Shown here piece by piece: positions 12,917-23,455 of a stretch of DNA of 64,000 nucleotides (positions are counted from its first letter, which is position 1; each line of letters opens with the position of its first letter). The stretch covers positions 318,844 through 382,843 of the forward strand of contig NW_005434665.1 in the NCBI RefSeq assembly GCF_000315625.1, written 5' to 3'. A program made the translations under genes and the position numbers. The DNA is from Guillardia theta CCMP2712. Lineage: Eukaryota > Protista > Cryptophyta. The notes beneath the pieces were generated by a model. It searched no databases and was not told the DNA's origin. It saw only the letters and a program-made list of their open reading frames with translations.

Positions 12917-14092
12917 CTAACTCTCGTCGAAGTCACCCTTATCGTACACAGAGTCGACCTCCACTCTGATTGCCCCGTGCTCCACCCGCACGTCCACATT
13001 GTTGTAGCACCTGGCGGGAGACTCTAGCAACTCACTGAGCTTCACCTCCACCATGAAGGCAAGCTCGTGATGCACAAAAGTCTCCACCCCCCTGCCACCG
13101 TCGTCGAGGTAGACCTCGTTCAAGATACACTCTCTCGCAATGTGCGCTGAGACTGCTCGCCCCCACGTCAACTTTCCCTTCCACATGTCGTACTCCCGTA
13201 TGAAGTTCGCTTCCAGCTTCTGCAATTCTATGTCGGCGACTCGCCGCAGCTCGTCCTCGTCCAGCGGAAGGAAGGGAACCATGTTATGCAGGATGATCCT
13301 GTGCAGCATGGGCGACGTCCCATAGGTGGACACCAGCGCTGCTTCGCGGATGACCGACGTGGCCTCGTCTCGGCTCATAGAAGCGTTGAGCTTGCGAGCA
13401 CCCAGGTCAGAAACCAGGATGAAGATGCCGGGAGGATGCAAGTCGACCTGGCCCAGCATGGAGTCCAGCTGCTGGTAGGAGATGCTCTGGATCTCATCGA
13501 GGATCACAGCTGATCGAGGGCAAGTGTGGAGCTGGCTTCGTATCCTCCCCGTGATGTTGGCCATCGCCCCACTCATCTGCCATGGCTTCAAGCCTGACAG
13601 CGACCGCATGTTGATCTCAAGAACCCCGCAGACGCTCCCTTCCTCTCCCTTTGTCCTCCCTTCCTCTCCCTTTGTCGCTGCAAACAAACACCTTGATAGG
13701 ATCCTTGCGACCAGCGACTTGCCGACCCCCGTAGGTCCAGAGAAATGGAAGAACTGCGCAAACGTGCGGTTTCTTAACACCTCCTTCTCCACCAGAACAT
13801 GCTGTATGCTGTGCGGTAGTCCAGACAAGAGACTGCTGACACTCTGGAATGAGAACTTCGACCCCTTCCATTTCTCGTAATCTCTCATGTTGTGCGCGAA
13901 GGCCTTGCTGATCGTTCGGATGGCAACTTGCTGTCCTGCTACTTGACGCTCGACAGCTGCTTCAAACTTCGAGAGAGGGTTCGCCTCCAGCGGGCATGCA
14001 TCTTGAGTCAGCAGGAGCGAGCTGCAGGATCCCAGAACCTTGGGTAGAAGCAGCGACGGCAGGATGAGAATGCAGAACCATTTCATTCTCAT
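12917..14092 (-). CDS. Torsin-like ER-lumenal AAA+ ATPase (single exon, 391 aa)
   Basis: Signal peptide MKWFCILILPSLLLPKVLG; VAGQQVA; Walker A FHFSGPTGVGKS; CPRSAVILDE Walker B; VPFLPL; sensor-2-like DDGGRG. Layout matches the torsin/ClpB-NBD2 clade. Confidence 0.8.
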   Translation of the reverse strand: MRMKWFCILILPSLLLPKVLGSCSSLLLTQDACPLEANPLSKFEAAVERQVAGQQVAIRTISKAFAHNMRDYEKWKGSKFSFQSVSSLLSGLPHSIQHVLVEKEVLRNRTFAQFFHFSGPTGVGKSLVARILSRCLFAATKGEEGRTKGEEGSVCGVLEINMRSLSGLKPWQMSGAMANITGRIRSQLHTCPRSAVILDEIQSISYQQLDSMLGQVDLHPPGIFILVSDLGARKLNASMSRDEATSVIREAALVSTYGTSPMLHRIILHNMVPFLPLDEDELRRVADIELQKLEANFIREYDMWKGKLTWGRAVSAHIARECILNEVYLDDGGRGVETFVHHELAFMVEVKLSELLESPARCYNNVDVRVEHGAIRVEVDSVYDKGDFDES

Positions 14093-14334
14093 CAGACAAA
14101 ACTAGGAGCGGAGATCAAGGACTGGAGTGAACAGGAGGAGCAAGAGTGAACAGGAGGAGCAAGACAGGGGGGGAGAGGGAGAGAGAGAGAGAGAAGGAGA
14201 GAGTGAGGAGCGAGTGGGAGGGAGGGAGGGAGGGAGGGAGGGAGAGAGAGAGGGAGAGGGGGCAAGACGGGAAAGCTGTTCTTATGAAAGTTAGGAAATT
14301 GTTTCTTCACTCAAAGTTAAGTTAATTTTACTAT

Positions 14335-14760
14335 CACGATTGCCTCTTTCAGTTCCGACGACTCGGACCCGCGGTGGCGCGGCGGCCGGGCCCCGGTGAT
14401 CGGACCCGGTACGCCTTGGCACGGTACTAGGGCGGCGCCGGGCCGCCTCAAATTGATAGTCACCGTGCCCGGCGGGCCCCGGCCCATCATGGCCGCGCAG
14501 TACGTGACGGCCCATGCGCCGCACTGTGGCAGGACAGACAGTGCAGTGCGGCGTGACTGGTTCAATGACGCGGTTTCGAGTAAAAAGTTGCAGTGACTGC
14601 TCCTCCGTTTCATCACGTTGAATCATGTTCTGGCGGGTGCCAGTGAGTGCTCAGTGAGGCTGGGCCGGGCAGAACCGTCCGAGTCACCGGGTGACTGCCG
14701 ATCGTCCGGCGGCCTCCGATCCTGGGCAGTTTTCAGCCTCAGGCTTTTAAGTGTCCGGGC
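14335..14760. other. GC/CpG-rich palindromic island in a divergent intergenic region
   Basis: Dense CCGG/GGCC/CG with GACTCGGA and CCGTCCGAGTCAC motifs shared with the 4035-4370 island. Confidence 0.6.
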
Positions 14761-15059
14761 TTTCTTTTCTTTTCTTTCTGAGTCTTTTTTTTTAGGCTTT
14801 CTGGCTGTAAAAGGACTTGGTTCGGAACAAGACCTTGGACATGTTGATCAAATTTACTATAAAACGTTTAGCTGATGATTATATTCTGTACTATATGCAG
14901 GGGGTATGGGTGGTACGATATGTGGCATGAGAGATTTCGCCCTGCGGGAATCACAATGCNNNNNNNNNNNNNNNNNNNNNNNNNNNNNNNNNNNNNNNNN
15001 NNNNNNNNNNNNNNNNNNNNNNNNNNNNNNNNNNNNNNNNNNNNNNNNNNNNNNNNNNN

Positions 15060-15218
15060 GAGGATGAGGATGAGGATGAGGATGAGGATGAAGATGAGGA
15101 TGAGGATGAGGATGAGGATGAGGATGAGGATGAAGATGAGGATGAGGATGAGGATGAGGATGAGGATGAGGATGAGGATGAGGATGAAGATGAGGATGAG
15201 GATGAGGATGAGGATGAG
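15060..15218 (+). repeat. (GAGGAT)n hexanucleotide microsatellite adjoining assembly gap 14960-15059
   Basis: About 26 visible units with occasional GAAGAT variants. Confidence 0.95.
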
Positions 15219-15397
15219 AAGTCTCCTCATGAGAGACAAGGTTGGGGTGTGTGGAGGCGATTCGGGAGAGAAGGAGACGACACAGTTGGTACGATACTGG
15301 TAGAGAGCCGGTGTGTGGAGGCCTACAGCAATGTTTCTCTACTGCGATGAGCATCTGAAATGAAGGAGTTTGTAATATGTGCTCATGTGTGCTCAGG

Positions 15398-17872
15398 ATG
15401 CTCGGACAAGTCTCGAGAACATCATTCAAGCCAGGGCTGAAGCTTTTCATCGATTTGCGAACCAAACAGGGTATTCGATTTCTCTCCTCGGACGGGGAGT
15501 CGCACAAGAGGCAGAGACCGCAGCCTAGGAGCTTAAACTTGTCTATCCCCTCGTATGTCGTGTGGGGCTCCGGCACCAATGTGGGAAAGACTTTGATATC
15601 AGCAGGAATCTGCAACTTTCTTAGCAAGGATCAGGCAAGGATGGTCGGCAGACGGGTTGTGGTGATCCTTCATGACAGGAGAGGTCTGTCATGTTCATCA
15701 AGCCCGTTCAAACAGGATTCCCTGAAGACTCAGATGCAGACACTGTAGCTGCTGTTTGCGGAGGAAGGAGTGAGGTACCCCCCATCCCCCACCTCCTTGC
15801 CACCCCTGAGCTCTGGCCAAGGTGGGAGAGCATGCGTCCCAGATCTTGATCAACGGACCTGAAGTCTCGTACTTCCCTGATCTTCTTCACCAAGATCAAG
15901 CATGCAACGTGCTGGCAAGGACCGAGTTCGCCTGGTCGCATGCTGTCGGCCCCCACCTGGCCGTGCAGATGGAGGGGAGGGCAGTTTCCGACGAGCAGAT
16001 TCTGCAGCGGCTGCAAGAGGAGCTGAGCACCTTCGGGGAGAGAGGGGGAGGCGCGAAGAAGTTTGCTATCATCGAGACAGCAGGCGCTGTGAGGAGGAGA
16101 CGCTGCGAGCTCTCGGGGCAGTGACTCGGTCACAGGTCAACAGTCCTGCCCCTTCGGGCACCAGCCAAGTGGACTTGCTGCGGGACTTGCGACTTCCGGG
16201 GATCCTAATAGGAGACGGACAGATCGGAGGAATATCAAGCACAGTCTCAGGCAAGGGGATGGGGACAGGAGGAGGAGGCGAGAAGGATTGGAGGGGTAGA
16301 GAGGGAGTTGGAGAGGTTTTGGAGAAAGAGCGAAGTGCGAGGCGGGCAGGGGGGGCAAGGGGGCAGGGGAGCAGGAGGAAGTGATTGTTATGCATGTGCC
16401 TTGTAGCGATGGAGAGTCTGCTCCTGCGGGGAATAGACATCTCTTGCATCGTTATGCTCGACATGGGGCTGAGAAACGAGGAAGCAGTCGCAAATGTAAC
16501 ATCCTCCTCCTCCACCACCACTACCTCCGCCTCCTCCACCACCACCACCACCACCACCACCTCCTCCTCCTCCTCCTCCTCCTCCTCCTCCTCCACTTTC
16601 AACTCGAATACTGTCACCTGTGCTACAACCTTCCTGCTTCTCCTCTTTCAATCTCCTCCTCGTTCACCACCGGCATTGCCACTTCCGAGTTCATGCTCCC
16701 TGTGGTCCTTTCACTTCAAACTCTTACCTTCTTATTCATATTCGTGTTGCAGATGGTGAAGAAAGGGTTTGGAGGGTATACAGGGAAAAGGTTGCGAGCT
16801 GGCTGCTGAGGAGAGAGTGTGACTGTGCTGGCTGGCAGCATTCCAGTCTTCGGCCTGCCTCCTCTCCCTCGCCGGAGATCAAACTTCTCCGCTGCTGCCC
16901 TGAGGTCATGGTTTCTGCAGTGCCAGGACAAGTTCGAAAAGGTTTGAAAGAGTGGGAGGGGAATGGAAGGCAAGGGAAGGGGAGAGAAGAAAAGGATGGG
17001 GTGAGGAGAGGAAGTGAAAGGAAAGAAGTGAGAATCGTTCTAGAAAAGTTGAGAGGAAAGAATAACGATGAGATTTGAGGCAGGAACTGTAGTAGACTGA
17101 AAGTATTGAGTAAGAGCAAACCATGATTGGGCGGGCAGAAGAGTGCATTAGGGAGAGCAAGAGGAGGAGCAAGAGGAGGAGTAAGAGGAGGAAGACGGTG
17201 ACTGACTGGCTGCAGGTCACTAAGTTGATGGAGGCGGATCACAAAGAACGCCTGCAGCTTCTTGCGGTCTGCGACTCCCTTCCACTGTCCCCCTCCGCTC
17301 TCTCTCCTCCCTTTCAACTCTCTTCTCCTATCTCTCTCCCTTCCCTCTCCTCCCTCCGTCTCCTCTCACTCCTCGTCCTCTTCCTTGGATTTCTGACATG
17401 TTTTGTTTCAGTCTGCAGAGGAGCGAGCGAGAAGCTCCGTCTGGTGGCCCTTCACTCAGCATGACCTCGTGCAGTCGGTCACACACATTGATGCTCGCGC
17501 TGGAGAGGACTGGTGGCACATGCTCCTCTTGCCCTCCTCCTCCTCATCCTCCTCCTCATCCTGCTCCTCCTCTCGTTCGACTCCTCCTCCTCCTCCTCTC
17601 TCATCCTCCTCCTCCTCCCCCTCCATGCATCCATGCTTCTTTGCTGTGCTCATGCTGTCTTACCAGGTGGGTCTACTCCAAGGGTTCGATGAGCCGGGAG
17701 GCTCCTCCCGCACTTCTCCGCTGGATGGACGGGGCAGCGTCTTGGTGGACGCAGGTGTGGCGAGTTGGGGAAGGAGTTCTAGCGAAGTGACCAACTTCAA
17801 GGGAGTGGATGCGAGACTCCACCAGTTGTTAACGAAAGCTCTCGGTGATCTTGCTCAGCCTACTTCTCCGCC

Positions 17873-17959
<87 letters not shown>

Positions 17960-20702
17960 TTTCCTTCTTCCCATCCCTTTTCCTATTCCTTCTGTCCGTC
18001 GGCTCTTTGTGATTGCCTTCATATGTTGATCTTGACTACAGCGTATGGATGTGGGAGATATGGCCATGTTCTGTTCCCAGAGAACTCGCATGAGGCAGCT
18101 TTACAGGCAAGAGAAGGAGGACGGAGGAGGCGTCAGTGATAAGAGACGGAGGAGAGGAGGGAAGGAGACTGAACTGTTCGCTGGCAGCTGACCGAGCGGA
18201 TCTTGAAAGGACCAGCGAGGGGCTGGGGCTCGAGAGTGTTCTTCTCAGATGACGGGTCAACTGCTGTGGAGGTTGTGGCTGCAGGTGGTAGGAGGGCGAG
18301 GAGAGTAATTGGATTGCAGGTCGCGCTGAAGATGGCTATGAGGAAGTTCATGCGAACGCACTCGCTGCTGGAGGTCGACCTCTCCTGAGGTTGGGATGTT
18401 GCTGAGCATTTGCTGAGCAGAAGTCGCCAGAGGAGCTGTCGAAGTTGAAGGTGAGAGGAGGAGGGGGGCAGGGAGAGGGAGGAGGAGTCAGGCAGCACGA
18501 TCAGTATAGACTGCAAGAGACTGAGGGACTGAGAGGAGGAGGTGGAGGTTTAGTCCCGTGACATGTCAGATCGCTGACTGTTGAGTTTGGTTCGTGCAGG
18601 TCCGCATCATGGGCCTCAAGGGGTCGTATCATGGAGACACTCTTGGAGCCATGAACGCGCAAGCCCCGTCCGTGTTCACAGGCTTCAAGCAGGTGGTCCT
18701 CACGTTCACTCTCTTCCTCCTCCTCCTCACCCTCCACTGCCTCCACTTCCTTTTCTACTTCCTCCTCTTGCTCGTCTGCTTCGTTCTCTGTTCTTGACCT
18801 TCTTCGGCCTTTCGATCACCTGCAGATGCCCTGGTACGACCCCAAGGGTGTCTGGCTCGACATCCCAACGCTAGCCATCGTCAAGGGAGAGTGGCGCATC
18901 GACCTGTCTGCCATCCCTCAAGGTTCCACTTCGACTAACTGCTGTGAACGCCTTCCTCTCTCCCTTCCCTTCCCTTCCCTTCCCTTCTCCTCTCCTCCTC
19001 TTTCCCTTCCCTTCCCTTCCCTTCCTCTCTCCCTTCCCTTCCCTTCCCTTCCCTTCTCCTCCTCTCTCCCTTCCCTTCCCTTCCCTGAACTTCCCCCCCC
19101 CCCCGCGCTTTCTTCTATACCGTAACACCGCTGCATTTCAGTCACCGAGCAAGATTCGAACTTGACCTTTGCAAGGTCTGTGTTCCTTAGCATTGATCAA
19201 GTCTGATGTGCGGGAGCAGCTGGGAAGCAGCTCTTGACATGCCGAAGCGTTCGGTGTCCTCCCTGGCCACGTCGTACAGGTGATCCATGTTCCTCTTCTT
19301 CATATGTGCCTCTCCCCCTCCTTCTCTTCATACGTGCCCTTTCCCATCCTCCTCTTCATATGTGCTCCTTTCTGTTCTGCTTGTTCTTGGCTCTCACTGC
19401 ATCGCACAGAAAGTATATCACGTCACATTTCGACAACTTGCCCGATGAGGCGACTAATCTCATGTGACCAGCAAGTGTTTGACGCATATCGACAGAACAT
19501 CAAGATAGGAGCTCTGGTCCTCGAGATCGCCATGCATGGAGCTGGAGGGATGGATTTCATCGACCCTCTCTTTCAGCGCATCCTCGCGGAGGAGGCGACG
19601 AAGCGCCGGTGCCTCTCTTGTCTGCGACAAGCAGCGGAGGCGTGACTAGGCTTGCAGCATCCCAGTCATAGCCGATGAGGTCTTCAGCGGCATGTGGAGG
19701 CTTGGAATGCAAACAGCCTGTAGCATGGGAGGCTTCCATCCTGATATTGCCTGCTATTCAAAGGTTATGACACTTTCCCTCTGCGCACTCCCTTGCTTCC
19801 TACCTTGATCCCTTCTTGTCGCTTTCCTTGCTGCTCCCCTCCCTGTGCCCTCCTCGGCTTTGCCTGCTCTCTTGTCCTGTCCTATGCTCTTTGCAAGACG
19901 AGTTGATGACCTCTGGTCCTGCCAGCTTCTCACAGGAGGAACGGTCCCTCTGGCGCTCACGGTAGCCTCCGAAGATGTCTTTCAGGTAGAGCGAGCCTGC
20001 CTCGCAACTCCTCCAACTTTCTTCCTGTCCCTGCCTGTTGTTGCCTCCCTTTCTCTCTGCTGTCCTCACTATCCTCGTGTCGCAGGCGTTCACAGGTAGC
20101 GAGAAGAGCGAAGCTCTGCTGCACGGCCATTCCTACACCGCCCATCCCATCGGGTCAGCACGCTAGCGTCAGTTTGCCTCGTCCTCACCTCCAGCAGCTG
20201 CTCCGTCGCCATCGCTGCCTTCGACATCTTTTCAGATCCCGAGCTCAATCCCAACCTCTCCGCCAAGCAGGACAAGGTCTTCTCCCTCCCATCTCGCCTT
20301 CTCCTCTCATCCTTCCCAGCTGGTGGAGCTCTGGCCCATGGACAAAGTCGTCGCGCTCTCCCAGCGAGCAGTGGTCAAGAGGTAGTCTGACTCGCGGGCC
20401 TGGTCGCTCTGACTTCCTTCAGAGTCGTTCCTCTTGGCACCGTACTTGTTCTTGAGCTGCAGACTGTTGGGAGCTCCGAACAGGCGTTCGAGGGGTACGC
20501 CTCTTCCCTAGCCAAGCCCTACGTGGAGAAGCTGAGAGAGAGGTTGTGCTGGTGTAGGAGGAGGAAGAGGCTGAGAGCATGCGGCAGGGGCATCTTCTTG
20601 CGACCTCTTGGGAACGTGATGTACGTCATGGTCACGCCGACAACAAGCCCGAGCAAGTGTAGAGAGATACTAGATCTGATCGCCGACGTGATCCCAGCAT
20701 AA
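15398..20702 (+). CDS. BIO3-BIO1: Bifunctional dethiobiotin synthetase / 7,8-diaminopelargonate aminotransferase, many introns, probable mitochondrial presequence
   Basis: BioD motifs VWGSGTNVGKT, FIKPVQTGFPEDSDA, IETAGAVNSPAPSG, LIGDGQIGGISST. BioA motifs VWWPFTQH, DGAASWWTQ, FFSDDGSTAVEVALKMA, SYHGDTLGAM, HGAGGM, ADEVFSG, PDIACYSKLLTGG (PLP Lys), HGHSYTAHP, RPLGNVMY. Stop TAA 20700-20702. Confidence 0.95.
17876..17958 (+). repeat. (CTCCTG)n intronic microsatellite
   Basis: About 14 units inside a BIO3-BIO1 intron. Confidence 0.9.
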
Positions 20703-21118
20703 TGTGACTGAGGTGACGTCGCTACACGTTCCACTTGCTGGTCATGGAGAGTCATGGCTGTGACTTGCTGGGTTCAAGCGTGTGAAACGAATCGCAGTGG
20801 AAGACAGCAGTTGTGAGTCGCAGCCAAGTTCATTACAAACATTACGGGCTGATAAAGGTCTTGTTCATAAAGGAATCAAAAGTGGCAGTGAGACCAACGA
20901 CTGCTCGAGAATAGAAAGAGAAAAGACATCGAAAGAAATGATCATTTTCACAACGCCTGCATCATTATCATCATTTTGTTTCTAATTGTACATGTTGCAA
21001 GTGCGCAAGTGAAGATTCCTCAGTCTGATCGATCTACGCCTTTGGACAAGTTCCATTCTCGGCTGAGTATGTGTGGCACGGAAGCTTACAGGGCCTGCTT
21101 TCCTCTCTTGTTAGCAGC

Positions 21119-22695
21119 TCAGGTTGAGTCGCTTGAGTCGCTCCCACTGCTCGCCCTCCGCTCTGCTTCTCCTACTTTCTTAGCGCTTGCCCCTACTTGT
21201 AAGTACGCGACTTGATCTAAATGCGCAGCTCCGACAGACTTTGCGTGTAGTGCCACTCCTCTCTCAGACAAGGAGCTCGAAGGGACTCCTCCCTGCTCCA
21301 GGTCAGCCTCCACAGGCTTTGCAACTGGCATCACAGATTCCATATCATGAGCTGGAGCTGGAGTCGAGCTGCCTGTTGTCCATTCGTCGGGATGACAGCA
21401 TAGCGAGCACATGATGATTGAAGACGTGAGCTGTACAACGAAGAGCATGAAGTTGAATACAAAGATCGCCCATGCACTGCCAGTGAATGTCGAGCAGAAC
21501 TTGCTCCCGCCGTATATCTCGTAGTCACCTGAGAGCAAGAACTTATCAGCATACTAATTACTTAGCATTGTCATCATGACAACGTACCGCAAAAAGTAGT
21601 GGCGAAAAGCGCGTATATGATAGCAAAAGACATGGCATTTAACAACAAGAAGATATCGCAGATTAGGAATGCCAGGTGGAAACCTCCCCATATCTTGTTT
21701 CGAAACTTACTGGTCGCAATCCCAAGACCTCCGAAGACGAGAGTGAAGATACCAGGAACGAGTCCCCATATTCCTATAAGCAAGAGCCCAGCCTTTGCGT
21801 CCCTTCTGTCTTGTTCACAAGTCGAAAAGCTATAGTAGTAATAGTCCGAAGACCGAATGGTTGAAGTAGAAATGTTGCTGTTGTTGATCTTGTTTTTGGT
21901 GCTTTTTTGAATCCATCTCAAACTTCCAAGAAGGTTTGTGAGAGCACGGCGATTGCTGTACCCCGCGTTGTAGCCCGAGTTGTACGCCGAGGGCATATCT
22001 TGATTGTAGTCCGAGGTTGAGGATTGGTCTGCTCTGTCGCTGTTGTAGTAGCCCGAGTAATAGCCTGTGTTGTAGTAGCCTGAATAGCCGTAGGTGTCAT
22101 AAATGCTATGACCGGTGTTGTACCCCGAGTTGAAGCCCGCGTTGAAGCCCGAGTTGTACGCTAGCCTGTAGGTGGTCAACGCGTCTCCCTGGTCGTATCC
22201 GTTGCAGTATCCGGAGTTGTATCCGGAGTTGTATCCAGAGTTGTAGTCATAGCTATGCCCCGACAAGGCGCTCGAGCTGTATGCTCCGCTTTTCCCGGTG
22301 TAGTAGGCGGTGGAGTACAGGGTGCTGGTGTAGTCATAGGAGGAGTATCCGTTGTTGACGCTGGAGTAAGCGGAGTTGTATCCGTAATTGTAGTATCCCT
22401 TGTTGTATCCCCTATTGTATCCGTAGTTGTATCCGTCATTGTAGCTTGACCTGAACGTCGTGTCGTATCCTTTGTTGAAGCCCTTGTTGTATCCGTAGTT
22501 GTATCCGGTGTTGTATCCAGAGTTGTATCCGGAGTTGGAGGAGGAAGAGCTGCTGCTGCTCGAGGATGAAGACGAAGACGGGCAGGTTGGGGGCGTGTAG
22601 GCGGCTGGGACCACTCCAGCAATGAACAAGGCGAACCCGAGCACCATGCTCACGATGGTCGCAGGAAAGATAGAAGTCATGGAACAGTTGCACAT
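21119..22695 (-). CDS. Four-TM MS4A/CD20-like membrane protein with long Tyr/Asn/Gly/Ser (YNxG) repeat loop, paralogue A (intron 21587-21529)
   Basis: TM1 IVSMVLGFALFIAGVV; ~250-aa YNSG/YNTG/YNKG repeat region; TM2 IGIWGLVPGIFTLVFGGLGIA; TM3; TM4 AWAIFVFNFMLFVVQL followed by CSLCC. ORFs 21574-22773 and 21119-21538 join by a 59-nt intron. Confidence 0.8.
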
Positions 22696-22781
22696 GGTTG
22701 GTAGCTGTGGGTATGTTCGAGTACTGAAGCAATGGAGCAAGTTGTGATGGCGAAGCACTCGCACCTGCTCCACTTATGTTT

Positions 22782-22833
22782 CCCCTACATCCCCTACATC
22801 CCCTACATCCTCTACATCCCCTACATCCCCTAC
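22782..22833 (+). repeat. 9-bp tandem repeat (CCCCTACAT)x5
   Basis: Directly visible upstream of paralogue A. Confidence 0.85.
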
Positions 22834-23455
22834 CCTCCTCTCTACTTCACCTTGCACCCAGGGGTCCATGCTGGTCAACCTGCGCCCAGGCGAAGGAAGC
22901 GTGTAGGGCCTGACGCATCGCAAATGTCACCAAGAGCCTTAGCAGGCCACCCCCACCCCCTCTATACCCCTGAAAGATGCTAGTACCGGTTGCTTCTTGA
23001 AGGGGGTAGAAAAACATTGCCATCAACACGTATCCTTTCGCACCTACTGCAGTTAAGTCGATGCAGGTTTTAATTGCAAGCAGCTTGAAGCAACATCATA
23101 TCACAACCAGTAGGTTTTCATTGCAAGCAACATGAAGCATATGCTGTGCAACACTCCAACATGAGCGCGCCATCGTTAGGCAGTGAATGGACCCCCGCCA
23201 CATCCCAAATCCTAAAGAGAGGTTTGATACTATGGGTCCCCTACCATATCTATGTGCGAAATCCTCAGAAATCCTGCTGAAAATCGATTGGAAGGCAAAA
23301 TTCGCGAAATTTTCTCCGAAAGAATCGATTGGAGGGAAGTAGCAACAGAACCTTTTCAATGATGGAGTCTCAACATCAGACTAATCTAGTGTACCACCTA
23401 TTCAACTAGCTATTCTACCAGCCGGTCTACGCGCTGATCTTCTACCACTGCGAGA

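Noticed and set aside
14857-15627. His-Pro and Arg-Met repeat ORFs
   Set aside because: Translations of a (GAGGAT)n microsatellite spanning an N gap.
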